DNA of 64,000 nucleotides, taken from contig MU619286.1 of NCBI GenBank assembly GCA_025201805.1, forward strand, positions 145,970 through 209,969, in the 5' to 3' direction. Source of the stretch: Parasitella parasitica NRRL 2501 (Eukaryota > Fungi > Mucoromycota). This document shows positions 25,240 through 38,572 of the stretch, one piece after another. The position numbers were made by a program, and so were the translations under genes. The notes under the pieces are model-generated. The model worked only from the letters and a program-made list of their open reading frames with translations. It was not told the DNA's origin and ran no database searches. Numbering within the stretch: the first letter of the stretch is position 1; every line of letters begins with the position of its first letter.

Positions 25240-28201
25240 CTAGTCAAATCCTTGATGTGCGGCCAATTTGTTAATCTTGGTGACCCAAACAGCAGTAGAG
25301 TTTGGCGTTGAAGGTAACTCTCGACACTCTTCATACACGCGCTGAGCGCCCTTGTGATCATTACATTCCAACATGGCCTTCATCACAGCATAATAAGATC
25401 TGACAAACAATACGATATTGTCAGGAGTGCGAGCTTGCCAAACTTTTTGAACCGTTTCGATGTCAGACACGCCATATGCACCCCAGATCATCAAATCAAA
25501 TGTGTGTGCATCGGGAGCAGCCATCTTTGAGTTTTGTAGCATTTCGTCGAATACCATCTTTGCTGCTGGATACCAGACCTTGGTGGTTGTTAAGCTTGCC
25601 AGTAAAGAGTTGTAGTGGAGCGTTGTCAAGGCAACTTGATCTTGCTTCAAGGTGTTCCATAATTTCCATGCTGCATCAGGGTTCTTCATGTGGCGATGTG
25701 CTGTTAGCAGGGTGGTGATTGCCTTGGCATCAAGCCATTGATTGTCATTGAGCTCGTGGTAAATTCTGTCTATTTTCTGTATGTAATTGACTTGACGTTG
25801 TTTGGAACCCTTAATCGTATAGGCTTTTGCCAGTAAAGTCAATGAGGCGGCATCCATGGAAATGCCAGCTTTTTCAATGCCTTCCAGCAACTCAATAGCA
25901 CGGCCTTCGTCGGCTCGTGGTGATTGCAAAAAGACAGAGGCCAGGATGGTGTAAATGACAAGATCGGCATTGATGTTGTTTGCTAGCATATCTCGAAACA
26001 GCTTGTACGCTCTATCAAACTCTGCGGATTCCGCGAATCCCTTGATGAGAGGTGCGTAGTGCACGGCTGTAGGATGCAACTGATAACTCTCCATGTGGTG
26101 CAGTAGTTCGCTTGCTTTATCCATTTTGCCCTGCACAACATGGCCATAAATGAGGTGCGAAAACACAAAATGATTGGGCTTTACGCCTGCATCCACCATT
26201 TCTTTATAAATCGATTCAGCCTTGGTCATATTACCAGCATATGCAGCATTGCGGATACCAAGGGCATAGGTATATACATCCGGTCTCAGATGCGACGTAT
26301 CCAAAGAAGCAATAATACTGTCGAGAGTCATGTTGAGGCGGTTCGAGTGCTTTGGTTTATAAAATTTGCCTGCCGTCTGCAAGATGGTATTATAGGTACG
26401 GGTGCTTATATCGGGTGCTTCGAATGTGCTCTGCAATACACTTGTAAATCGCTCGAAATTCGACTCTAGATCTTCCTTTTCCAGGTACTGAAATCGCGCA
26501 ATTGGGATTCGTGAAGAGATGCTATCCAGCGTGCTGCTACCATCTGCTATCATCCTGTAAAGATGCGAGGTGACTAAATGGGCCTCTTTGGGGTGCTTGA
26601 GAGAGTAATTCAAGAGTGTGTTGTAAATGTGATTGCTGCTGGGCATTCCCTTTCGCTGCATCACATCCACGTATTTCAGCGCTTCTGCGACGTTTCCTTG
26701 ATCAGCATAGTACCGCACAAAATTGCCATACGTGATTGTATCCGGTTCCAACTTTAAATTTACCATAGTATCGTACATTTGAAAAGCGAGTTTTGTATTG
26801 TTCTTGTCCAAGTGGTATTTGATCAGTATGTTGAATGTGTACGCATCTGGCTTCACCTTGAACTTTGGCTTTGCAGCAGCAGCTTTGCTTGCACATGCAC
26901 ATTTTTCACCACACCCCTTTTTCTCGTAAATCACCAGCAGCTCAATGATTTCCTCGATACGATCGATATCATCGGCAGCTGTGTAGCATTTGAGGAGGGT
27001 GTTGATTATTTCTGTGTCAGGCCGATGGCCCAATCGACGCATTGCCTGATACAAGCTGGAGACTGACTGAGCTATGTTTTGCAGGTCGTCGGTTTCCTGT
27101 AATCGAGCGCGTTGTACCGCTTGGCCAGCTAAACCGTCCATAATACTATTAAATGTCTTTCTGTTGGGAACAATTCCTGAATCAACCAATCTCTTCATCC
27201 ACTGCTGTGTGATTTCCTTGTCTGCGTTGTTTCTGTAGTCCTTGAGGAAGCCATTGAGCAAAATGTTAAAAGTGGTGCGGTCTGGCGAGGTGGTCATTTT
27301 CGAGTAAATAGCCTCTGCTCCTTGCAGGTCGTGCAGCTTGATTTTGGCGGCTAGCAATATATTATAGGACGATGTATCCGGCTGTAGGCCTTTGCGGATC
27401 ATCTCCTGTTCAAGTGTCTTTAGTTTGGAAAAGTAGCGCTTCTTTGTTGTATCGTCAACGTATTTGAATCGGCGGACGTAGACGGCCATCATCTGGTTGT
27501 ACACTTTGACATGTGGGCTAGTAAACGATGTGTAGTGCGATAGATTACGAAACAAGGATTCGGCGCGTTTCACTTGGCCCAATTTGCCGTACAGCTCGAG
27601 CACCATGCCGATTTCGTGTGCATCCCAAGAGATGTCTCTACTTTTACGCACAACATTTGATAGTGTCTCAAGTCGATTCAGGTACAACTGCTGTAATCTA
27701 GCAAAATCCAGAGAGAGATGAGGCAGATGTGTATGCACTTGGGTGTGTAGTGATTTCAACAGCGACTGAACTGTTATACGAGGTATATTCTGCTGCGTTA
27801 AATAAGAGGCGGATTTGTCGACGAGCCTCCAAGCGTTTTCGACATCGCCACTCTGTAAATAGCTCTGGATAGACATGGTCGTAGGCGACGGTAATTTCTT
27901 GTCAATGTTGGAGCTGATGTGAACAGGGATGCGTCTTTTTGCTATAGACTTTATCTGACGCAGATGCTCCAAAGAGTCTATTTCCTCTAGTAGCTTTGGT
28001 GCTGCATCACATTGCAGTCAGTACGAGGCGCTGGCAAACGGTCTGGCTATTCTTACCTTGCTTCGATCTTGTCACAACTGTAGACGCCTGTCTTGCTTGA
28101 CAGCTGTGGGCAAACAAAAAGGAACGCCATTGTTCCATGAGTCGTTGTTTGACGTTTTGTCTAATCTCTGACTGCAGGTGCCTACACCGCATATGGGCCA
28201 T
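25240..28201 (-). CDS. Pentatricopeptide repeat (PPR) protein, likely mitochondrial, 2 exons
   Basis: Many PPR repeats (PDTSSYNILL, PDRTTFNILL, PDAYTFNILI, PDVYTYAL). Intron about 28056-28002 joins the basic N-terminal exon MAHMRCRH...RSKQ in frame to the 910 aa ORF. Confidence 0.93.
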
Positions 28202-28558
28202 TGCTCTAAATTGCTGCTCAAATTACAGCGATAAAAAAAAAAAAAAGAGACAAGGATGCAGCCAAATGTCGAGTTGTTTAATAATAATAAAAAAAAAAAA
28301 AAAAAGTGGAGTAACAAAAAATGAATTGGCAAGGCTGTTTTGCTCTTTTCCCCCAATGAGATACCAAGCACCCCTAGGTCTCCTTTGCTTCCATGAACAA
28401 TCATACTCAAAAGACGTCACCGCTGCCGATCAGCTTGGCAAACTATGATGTTGTTACATCTGCATTTTTGCGCTCAGTTCAGCACAATCCTCCACAGATA
28501 AAGAATCAAAAGATAACTTTATTGATATTTGTTTGTATGTCTTATTTATGTAACCACC

Positions 28559-29526
28559 TTATTCAGGGCCAAGCTGCAAGCTATGGAATTGCTGTCGGAA
28601 TTGTATCGAGCCCACTCGTTGATGGCCATTTCTTGGCGTATTATCCGCCGCATCAAATGTATTGTGCACTGCATTTGGCATGTTTGGCGTTGCCATGTCG
28701 GGTATCAACTCACCACGCTTTGCACACTCGATCATGTACTCTAATTTTTTGATCTGCTCCTGGTAATTACTCACGTCTTCACGCAGCTCTTTGATGTGGT
28801 CAACAGAGAGTTTGAGTATCGTGCCCTTGTTGATGGCTCTTCCGTTAGAACCAACCTGGCCGTTGGAGACTGACATGACATTTGAACTGGTAGGAGCTGA
28901 ATCGAGCAATTTTTCGGGTAAAAGAGTGCATAGCTCTACACATAGGTATACACAAGCAAAGTTAGCCCTACACTCGCACTGTCTGCTTTCTATGTCACAA
29001 GCAACATGCATTTACCTTGGATGCGCTCATTGATGTTGTCTCTTCTTCGTCTCTCGACTGCGTTATGAGACTCTCGTCTCCGACGACGCTTCTCAAACAT
29101 CTCTTGAAGACTGCAGCAAACAAAAGGGACGGATCAGTATGCAAAGAATGCAGCAGACTCTCCACAATACAACACTTACTTTCTCTGTTGGCCATCGTCG
29201 TCATCGCCGTTCTGCGTGCTGCCAATCAGCTCCAAATGGCCACTGGAGGTAGAAGGAGAGACAATACCTCCAAATATGGGAGATTGGCCGAATGAAGAGC
29301 CATTCGAGTCCAAGCTTGTGCCAAACCAGTTTTGCGAATTGTTCTCGTTGAAGGCCATGCCGCCAGAATGGTTGGGAGGAGACATGGCAGACACTGCAGT
29401 GCCAAAGGAGCTTTGGCGTTGATGGTGGTAGGGAGGATTGAACAGCCGATTTCGTACCACAGGTACGGCTCCGACCGTAGTATGATCATTGTCCATGTTG
29501 CTGTTGTAATCTTGCTGCTGTGGAGG
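28559..29526 (-). CDS. bHLH-Zip transcription factor (RTG3/TFE-MITF/USF-like), 5' part lost in the assembly gap
   Basis: Exons give FEKRRRRRESHNAVERRRRDNINERIQ|ELCTLLP...INKGTILKLSVDHIKELRE. Confidence 0.88.
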
Positions 29527-29741
29527 NNNNNNNNNNNNNNNNNNNNNNNNNNNNNNNNNNNNNNNNNNNNNNNNNNNNNNNNNNNNNNNNNNNNNNNNNN
29601 NNNNNNNNNNNNNNNNNNNNNNNNNNNNNNNNNNNNNNNNNNNNNNNNNNNNNNNNNNNNNNNNNNNNNNNNNNNNNNNNNNNNNNNNNNNNNNNNNNNN
29701 NNNNNNNNNNNNNNNNNNNNNNNNNNNNNNNNNNNNNNNNN
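29527..29741. other. Assembly gap (215 N)
   Basis: Run of N, next to a (CA)n microsatellite at about 29787-29819. Confidence 1.
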
Positions 29742-29782
29742 TTTTTTGTATGTAGAGAAAAGGATAGTTACACATACACATA

Positions 29783-29823
<41 letters not shown>

Positions 29824-29866
29824 CTATAACTTTTACTGAAAATGTGCATAAACATGCATCCTTTAT

Positions 29867-30510
29867 TTACCAATGTTCTTGATTAGGATAATGCACAACT
29901 TGGATCCTTCTCGCTCGTTTCTCGTCTTGCCATTTGTCAAGATAGGCAGACATGGCTTGCGATTGACTGACGTTGACAGTGGGTATAATCTGCTGTATGT
30001 CCAGACTAGCAACAAAGGACGCCAGCTCTCTGAAGCTAGAGTGTTCGGAATAAGGCACCCCAAAGAGCTTGATGCCGTGTCTGTTGTAGTAGGGCTCCAG
30101 CCGAACTGCTCTATCTGCAGGCGGTATAATGATTTCAGACAATGGTGCCTGCTTCATGTCTGATGTCTGTGATGCCGTGGATTTGTATGTCCACCCCGAA
30201 GGCTTAAAGGCGATAAGCGACTTGAAATGGGCCTGGTGCTCCTTTAGATAATTTGACATGATCTATTACAGCTGTGTCAGGAACCCCCATGGTCTCTACT
30301 GGTATTACAGCACCCACTTACATCTGCTCGGATATCTCGCAGCGGGACAACATGGACTTGCGCTTCGAGCGGATTGCTCGTGAGCATGCTCTTTAATTCG
30401 TCGTCTTCCTGGCACTGCAGGATGCGCATCTTTTTGTAGGGCGTGTATACCTTGCACTTGAGCATGCGAGCAATGTCTACACAGTATCAAACAGTTAGAG
30501 GCCTCGTCAT

Positions 30511-30542
<32 letters not shown>

Positions 30543-31929
30543 CATACTGATGAATACTCGCTCCTTGCCAATGGTGTATGTGCCAACTACAATCAGCACT
30601 CGTGATGCTGTCGCCCTGCTATTTTGGTCCATCACCAATTTAAAGGCGTCATTGTTGGTCATGGGATCCTGTTCAGTTACAGCTGGCGTCTTTGCGTGGA
30701 TCCAGGCTTCCAAAAGAGAAGGTGTTTTGCTCTTGGGTGTCACTTCCTTCCGCACCAGGTCGCATACAGTCTGGATGCATTCCTCTTGTGCGGGAAACGC
30801 ATACTGCGGGCTTAGGTAAGTTGTATCGAGGTAGAGGTTACTAATAGGGGGGTTTTCGGGCTGTCTGATCAACGGATGTAAGCACATTCGCGGTGCAGCT
30901 CTGAAATCGCCCGTATGCAAATGTCGTTTTTTATTGTCCAACACAAACAAAAACAGAACAGACCCTGGGCAGTGGTTTGCATCTATCAGCGCAACTTGCA
31001 CGCTGGACCCTGGAATTGGATACAGCTGGTTCATCGGCAGTGGATGGACATGGCGTGGATCGACTCGCAATTCCTGTTTCACAAGGTTTGCTGTCACTTG
31101 GGAGCAATAAATGGGACCATGAGACCAGCTGGCTCTTAGGCCTCCAAAATGGTCAGTGTGGAAGTGTGTCAAAAAGTACCCGTCGCAGTCTGCTATCTTA
31201 CCATAGCTGAAAGCATCCACTGTAAATCGAGTGTCTATTCCACCAACAAGCAGTGTGAGTACAGGAGCTTCTCGGTATTGCCAGTATGGCGCACTTACCG
31301 CGAACTCGTTTGTAAAACGGACATGGCCTGTGCTTCTTTCTCGATGCTGGTGGCTTTGGTGGGACAATGGCATTAACATCTTTTGCTGCAAGCACACTAG
31401 CGACGGTCGTACTGCTAGCGAATGAGAACATGCTTTGCCAAAAAGACGGCTGTACGCTGCTCGTACTAGTGTCTTTTGTGCTACTCTTGGCATCTTGACT
31501 ATTGTTATCAGCGACAAGCTTGGGGCTATCAAGAGGGTAGCTGCAGCCTTCTTTGTTTTTTTGACAGCTTTGGTCCTCTACGCTGAAACTGTAGTCTTTA
31601 CATATGCTGTCCCCACAAGATGCTTTCTCTTCCAAGGGCAAGGGTGTGGGCGGTATGTTTTCCTTTTCTCTTTCCTGCTCTTCGTCCAGACATTGGTTGA
31701 CATGGACCTCCATCGAAACAGACTCAGTGTGTATCCATAGCTGACAGAGTGGGCATTGTTCCTTTTTCGCCTCTTGCTCCTGGATTGCCTTTTCAACTTG
31801 CAAATCAATTGCGCTTGGTTTTATCCTTTTGTTGGCATTGGCAGGCGTCTTGAAAAAGGTTTGGATGGAGAAATACTTTGACTTTACGGCCGCCGCTTCA
31901 TTCTCTTGTCTTGGCTGTTTCCTCATCAT
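29867..31929 (-). CDS. PSO2: DNA cross-link repair nuclease SNM1A/PSO2 (UBZ finger, metallo-beta-lactamase, beta-CASP), multi-exon
   Basis: CPLC...HVNQC, PCPFYK, FLTHFHTDH, DANHCPGS, LHTGDFR, YLDTTY, VPYSEHSSF. Confidence 0.93.
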
Positions 31930-32294
31930 AGGCGCGAAAGAAAAAGAAAGAAAAAGAAAAGAAAGAAAGAAAAAAAGGGATGGTAGGGCAAGAAGTTCCA
32001 CTGCCAAAACAGCCAATTCACTTCATTTTATGGGCGTCACAGACAACAAGCTCGTTGATGATGGCAGGCCAAGCTTGATTGTTACATCAAGTACGACCTG
32101 TGGATTGAGCAGTGAGACACGCATCAATTAGACTCTCAAGACGGCTGTCAAATATATAAATGAACAGGAGGCAACTCAATGATGGGAAATCCTCTAATAA
32201 CCGAAATAAAAATTTATTGCCATGTTATAAAAAGAAAATACATAAAGATGCTTGAAGGGTGAGCAAGCACTTTTACAGCGTATTACAAGCAGCT

Positions 32295-32680
32295 CTATTG
32301 CTGGTAGGAAAAGACGTTTTGCAAATCTAAACAAACAACACTTTAGCGTCATGGTTTACTAATGAAAGGACGAATCCACTTACAGCCGTCTTGTTGAGCG
32401 AGGCGATTGATGGCATCATCGCTCTCAGCTTCCTTACGAACAAAGCCGCAAAGGGCGTAGGTAGCAAAAGAGCTGGTGGAGCGGCCCTCAGCATCGACAT
32501 CAGCAACGTTGATTTGGACCGAGGAGTGGTCCTTGGCAGTGATCAAGCGATTAGTGGCTGAGCTACACACACACACACAATCGAAAAATCAGCAAGGATA
32601 CCATAACAGACTCGCATAAGCATTGCTTACCACTTGCGGGGGATGTAAAGATCGATAATTCTACCCTCTGAGTTCTCCAT
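32295..32680 (-). CDS. RPS21: 40S ribosomal protein eS21, 3 exons
   Basis: [17 protein letters not shown]|[18 protein letters not shown]...[14 protein letters not shown]|..QNVFSYQQ*. Confidence 0.96.
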
Positions 32681-32881
32681 TATGTTGGGTTTTTCCAAAA
32701 AGTTAAGGTAGGTTAAACCGGAAAGTGGATGTGAAAGAAAGAACTAGCACATCTCTTTGGCCTGCAATGCTGAATTAACGGCGAAAAAATTTCCAAATGT
32801 TTCATTTAATTGGCTCAAAATAGTAGTCAATCTGACAAATCTGTTTATTTTTATAACGAAAAACTTTGATGGCCATTCCGT

Positions 32882-35294
32882 CTATACTGATCCAACAATC
32901 TCGTCTGCTTTTTGTAATGCCTACAGAAGCGAAATTTCAGTATTAAAAAAAAAAAAAAAAAAAATTCTCCATATTCAAGCGATAATGCCATTTACCTCAA
33001 TCATCTTCTTGCATTCCTTTCTTCTTTGTCTAGTAGAGTCAGATTCCTGTAAAAGATCATCCAATACGTCATGTTTGTAGAGCTCTGTTAGTAGCTCACG
33101 CTGAAGTTCCTCTTTAGAATGGTTTACAAGGTTAAGCATAATCGCCTTGGGTACCATGTCAATCATGGTGCGCTTAACGATATTATAGTATGATTGAATC
33201 AGTAGCTCTAGTATCAAAAAAATGCCGTCAGACATTGCAGATTTCATGTTGAACAACGGCCTACTCACTAATGACCTCGGTTTCCATGAATTCGCGATCA
33301 GACAAAGCACCAGTAGCTTTCAAAGTTGTAGGTGGCTACCAATCAAAAATATAAGAAACGCTTCCAGCAATGCTGCAATACATGTAACTTACGGCATCCA
33401 TCATACTCGACACTGGTGACTTCTTAATAGTCTTTTTGTTGCCTGAAAAGAAGCTTCCAAAGAGCGAACCGTTGCCGTTGGTTTCCTCGGCACCATTTGA
33501 CGTGTTTGTTTGCAATGCACCCGTAGGGTTGTGCTGCTTTTTAGCTTCGCTCTGTGGCTGCTGCTGGTTATTTTTTTGATTTATGCGCTCTGTAACCGCA
33601 GCTATGGCTTGATGGCCATTCAGAAAGTCAGGATGGGCCGTATTAATATAGCACGATTCCATCGACACTAGATTCGTCACTAATTTAGACGTGGGTTGAA
33701 GAGCCTTCTTGAAAAACACCAACACGACCTGATAAAACTTGTCTTTAAGCGTAGGGAACCGCTTAAAGAATTGCTTGGTGAGCAACTGGCCCAAAATACG
33801 CACCAATTCGTCGTAAACCATGTTGATGCACTTGATACTAGGTTCCTCGAGACGCTTTATTTGCTGCTTGATGATAACTTCGAATGCAGTCGTTGCGACA
33901 AACAAGGCAGGCGATGAGCCCGACGAATTGTACAAGATGGTGCGAATATCGACGTCTTTGATTTGCTCCAAGGGATCAATGCTCTTGACGCCATTCGCAT
34001 ACAGTTCGTGGAACACAAAGCTGATGCGTGCGCCACCCGATAATTCAAAACTAGACAAGTCATTTGCATTACCATCAATGATTGTCCTGAATTCAGTGCA
34101 AAACTCGGTAATAATGTTTAGCACTATATTGGCCCGGTTCGCTGAGCTCCCATCTTCGTCCAAAGGCTCCCCCAGCGTTAATAATTCCTGCTGATACTTT
34201 AAAAGGGCAGACTGGATCTTGGCCTTGATTTCAGGTAGGGTATTGCGGATGTGGTGCATCAAGATTGTATTGAGTTTGCGAGCCAAAAAGGGAGTACCAC
34301 AGTACTGAGCCTTCAGCTTGTAAGCATCGTTGCTTTCAAAGTATTCCCGTTCAGCTTCCAATGCTTTTTTGATAGATTTGTTGTTTTCAATGTCACGTTG
34401 GCCACGATTAACGACAGGGACATAACCCAAACGCAGAGGTATCACACGACCAGCTAGGATATCAATGACATCCGTGCCTTGATCCATCAAATCGACTTTG
34501 GTAAGCACGCCAATCGTACGCAGTCCTTCAGGATCGACATCACGGGCTAATTTGAGACCATCTGAATTGGCCAGATCAGTGTTGGCTCCAGTCACAGCCA
34601 AGATGATCGAGTTGGGCTTTGTAATGTATTTTAAAATCATGTCTCTGATTTGCTTTTCGATATCCTTGGGCTGATCACCGACAGGCACCTTGGTGAGGCC
34701 TGGCAAATCGATCAGGGTCAACGTCAACACGTTGGGCGAAAAAATTCGCAGATTGATCGGCTGAGGAGAAATGCCCAAGTTTTTGCCAGTTTTGAGTTCC
34801 GTATCCTTGACAATTTCTTCGCGGATTTTGTTGAAATCGTGAAATTTTTGGCCAGGCAGATGCAGAAACTCGCCCCACTCATTTTGATTGTCCTTTCCTG
34901 CTTCCTCTTTAGCTGCTTCGCCCTTGTTGGCTTTATCTTCAGCGGGACGGTTGATAAGTTGCAGAATCTACAGGCGCTTGTAAAGTAAATATCCAGCTAT
35001 CCTTGCTTCTTCACTGTTATACTTTACCAAAGGACGACGGGTCACGATACCAGTTCCACGGGGAAGGAAATCACGGCCAACAATGTTCTCCAGAACCGAA
35101 CTCTTGCCGCTGGACTGTGAACCGATAACAGCAATCTGGGGCAAGTCGACCGGGTTATGTACGCCAACAGTAGCAAAAGCGTCCTGCAGCTTGTTGACTA
35201 GTTTTTTTTTTTTTCATGTTTAGGAGCAACATGAATCCCTTTTGGTGGTGTGCGTATCCTTACCTGTCTTGATAAGTTGTGAATCCATGCTCAT
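32882..35294 (-). CDS. VPS1: Dynamin-like GTPase Vps1, multi-exon
   Basis: [55 protein letters not shown] domain ending [12 protein letters not shown]. Start may be 35294 or 35288. Confidence 0.93.
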
Positions 35295-36133
35295 GTTGCC
35301 TGGCTACTGAGAATCAAAGAGAAAGATAGAAGTAAGGAAAGAAAGAAAGAAAGAGAAGAGAATCCATGAAATGAACCTATAATATTGAAAAAAGCATGAC
35401 GTGCATGGCCAACTATGATCAACGGAACTTTAATTGAATTGTAAAAGTAGCATCGTGTGCATTGATATAACCTACATTCAGTCCATACATTTTTTCTTTA
35501 GCTTGAGCTTGAGCTGCTTAATCCATTTCCAAATTTGGAATTCAGAAACTGTATGATACTGGATTCCTAACTTGATATTACTAGACATGAAGCAGTGACA
35601 TTGCCTATTTTATCAATAGATTTACAAATCATACTTGCCTCAGAGATCTTTATTATCTACCATTTAAAATATCCATGTTGTCCTTTTTGCCTACTACACC
35701 TAAATCTCCATCCATTGAGTCTAGGTAGCAACGCTCCTGTACAGTTGTCGCCGTACTCTTCAAAATGCATGTGGGGCAACTCTATGGTATATAACTAGAA
35801 ATAGATGATGATTTCAAGTTCTCAAATAGCGCTCCCTTTTTTTTTTTTTTTTTCACCATTCAACTGGAATAAAAGATAATGAATGATTGCTTTTTTTTAT
35901 ATATATAAGAATGACCAAGGAAAGAATAGTGATGAGAAAGGAAAAGATGCTATGGATTGGGAAAGTGATGTTGATACTTTTCACTTGGAAGTGAGCAACG
36001 TTGAGAGAATACACTAAAAACTCAGGATATAAAAGACAAAAAAAAACTAATCTAAGTAATAAAGGTCATGGTGGTTGTGATAATAAATATTAGGGTTTCC
36101 GGTAACAAACCTTTTATCCCTGATGAGAGCCAA

Positions 36134-37527
36134 GAAGTTTCTGAGAGAAGAGAGTAATTGCTTTGTTTTACTCATAGTGAAAATCCAAAGAGAATGTGTT
36201 GGGAAATAAGCTACATCTACATCATATCTAAACGCATTTATGTCCTTGGGATTTCATAGACTTCTATACAGATGAAATTTTATGAATCGGTGTGCAGATT
36301 GTTTCCTTTTCTCTGACATTTTCTTATACCTTCAGTTGATCTGGCGTCTTGAATTGTAAAAGGTCTCGTCAGAAAAGAACCAAGCAAAGTTCTCTATATC
36401 CAGTTGCACAGTAGAACAGATAGTCAGACCTGTGCCGTCTTTTCCATAATTTTGGAATGGTTCAAAAGTGTGTGTGTCTTGGCAAAGCCAGGGTCGTAGG
36501 TTTTTAGGTGTCTGATTTTTTTTTATTTTTTTTTTTGGCCTACGCGAACTTTAGTGTGCTTTTTGTCAGAATAAAGACAAAAACTGCAAGAAAACAATGT
36601 TTAGAGATTTCAAACACAAAAAAAGGTAATGCAAAGTAATGCATTAGACTATAAGACACCTTTTGATAACGTATTTGCATAGCTTAGAGCAAATTCCTGT
36701 ACGTTTGAAGTTGACATACAATGACGGAAGCGACTTTTCTGGCTTTTTTCGGCAAAGTATTTTTCAAAATCGGAGCGTGAGATCGTCAAGTCAGTTACAG
36801 ACACGTAAGTAATACCATTAGAAATCCAAGAAGCACATCATTCAGAAAACTAGGTTGCAATTGTTTTTCTCTTGAATTGGGTAAGCTATGGCTTCTCAAA
36901 GCTCATGCTTTCTTGGAAAATATACCATTTTTCTTTGATGGCGGAGATTGGACGCGTCCAAAATCAGGAAGGAGAAATTCTTTCAGAAACTCCATTTGTA
37001 CAATTAGAAAACAAAATTACTTTTTTAAGGCAACATATCATCCCCCGATACTATGCATACCTCGGCTGTCAATCTATGATAATAGCTGTATTTTTAGACG
37101 CTCTACACGATGGTACTATTTCATAATTCTCGTATGCTTATGGAAGGAGTTATGTCGAGAAAACCTCAAAACAGATCAAGAGGGAAAAGTCAAAATTTTG
37201 CTTAATCAAAGAGCATTTCCAGTCTTTCAGATCAAGGAATGGTCTTTTACGATCATTTTCCTCTAATATATGCTATAGTAAAAAGTTGCATTTTTGGGGT
37301 CAAAATCGAGGATAATGCGTAATCGATGATTTTGCATGTGTGGATACAAGGAAAAAATCGAAAAAATCCGTCATTTTGCATCGAAAAAAAATCATGCTCA
37401 AATTGCACCAAAATCATATATAATATAGTTCTTTCCCAATGGATACTATTTCTGGTGTTTTCAGGGCACTTTTGATTATTAAAATTAATCGAAAAATGGC
37501 ACATAAAGCGTATGTTCTTGCTTTTAA
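36134..37527. repeat. Dispersed repeat, copy B (inverted relative to 11846-13363)
   Basis: See copy A; this copy lacks about 150 bp present in copy A (about 13125-13275). Confidence 0.85.
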
Positions 37528-38572
37528 AATTTATGGCCCGTTCGTGATTGTTCAGTTTCAGGTTGTATTGAAAAATGGGATAATAAAAAACCCAAATAGC
37601 CATTCTATTGTAAGACACCTTTTGCTCCTGCACAATGGCTGTTTGATCAAAATAAACTAATTAGAGCGTCGCAATTTCGCATATCCTTATTAAATGTTCT
37701 CTACTCTTATTTCTTCTTTTCACTATTTCAAAATATTCTTGGGGAGACATTTCTCTTCTCTCAGAAACTTCTCAGCTTTTATCAGAAATAAAAGGTTTGT
37801 AATCAGAAATCTTACTATATATCACCACAAACACCGTGACATTTATCATTTTCTTGAAAGTTTTTTTTTTTTCTTTTTTTTTTGTCGGATACCATAAAAA
37901 TACTATAGAGTAAAATTCTACAATGCTACGAAGTCCTGGAAAATGATAGGGATCGCCACACGTACAGCCTAAACGTGCGCAAAGAAGCTTAAAGAGGAAT
38001 ATTTTTGTACGTTTTGAAGTAGTTAGGAGCATATTCGATTAATACATGATGTTATGAAGACCTCGTTTTTTGAGGTCAAAATTCAAAGAGTAGCAAATCC
38101 AAAAACTTTCCTTATACTGGATACTCATCAATGATTTTCTGCTGCAAATGCATCAGATGATAACTACGAGCTCTGAAAAGTTCTTTGAGTGCGGATCTGA
38201 AAACTTTGATGATCATGTCATAGTACCATTTAGCTTGCACTTTGCTGCAATATCACCAACTTACCTGTACTATTCTTGTCATGACACGAAAAGCCCAAGT
38301 ATTACATCATAAATTATATTGGACAACAATGATACCGGTACAGGGCATCTATTGCTGCACTAAATGTATGGTCTATGATACCTACATTATCAGAACTGGA
38401 TATCCATAACTGCAATGGAGGAGAAAAAAAAAATTTTTTTTGATCTGCATAGATGCTGCAATAGCAAAAAAAAAAAAAAAAAGGTATGGTATTTGGATGA
38501 TTTACAATCACCACTCATGATTGAATGATACTCATGATTTTCATTGATTTTATTTCATTTATACACCACAAC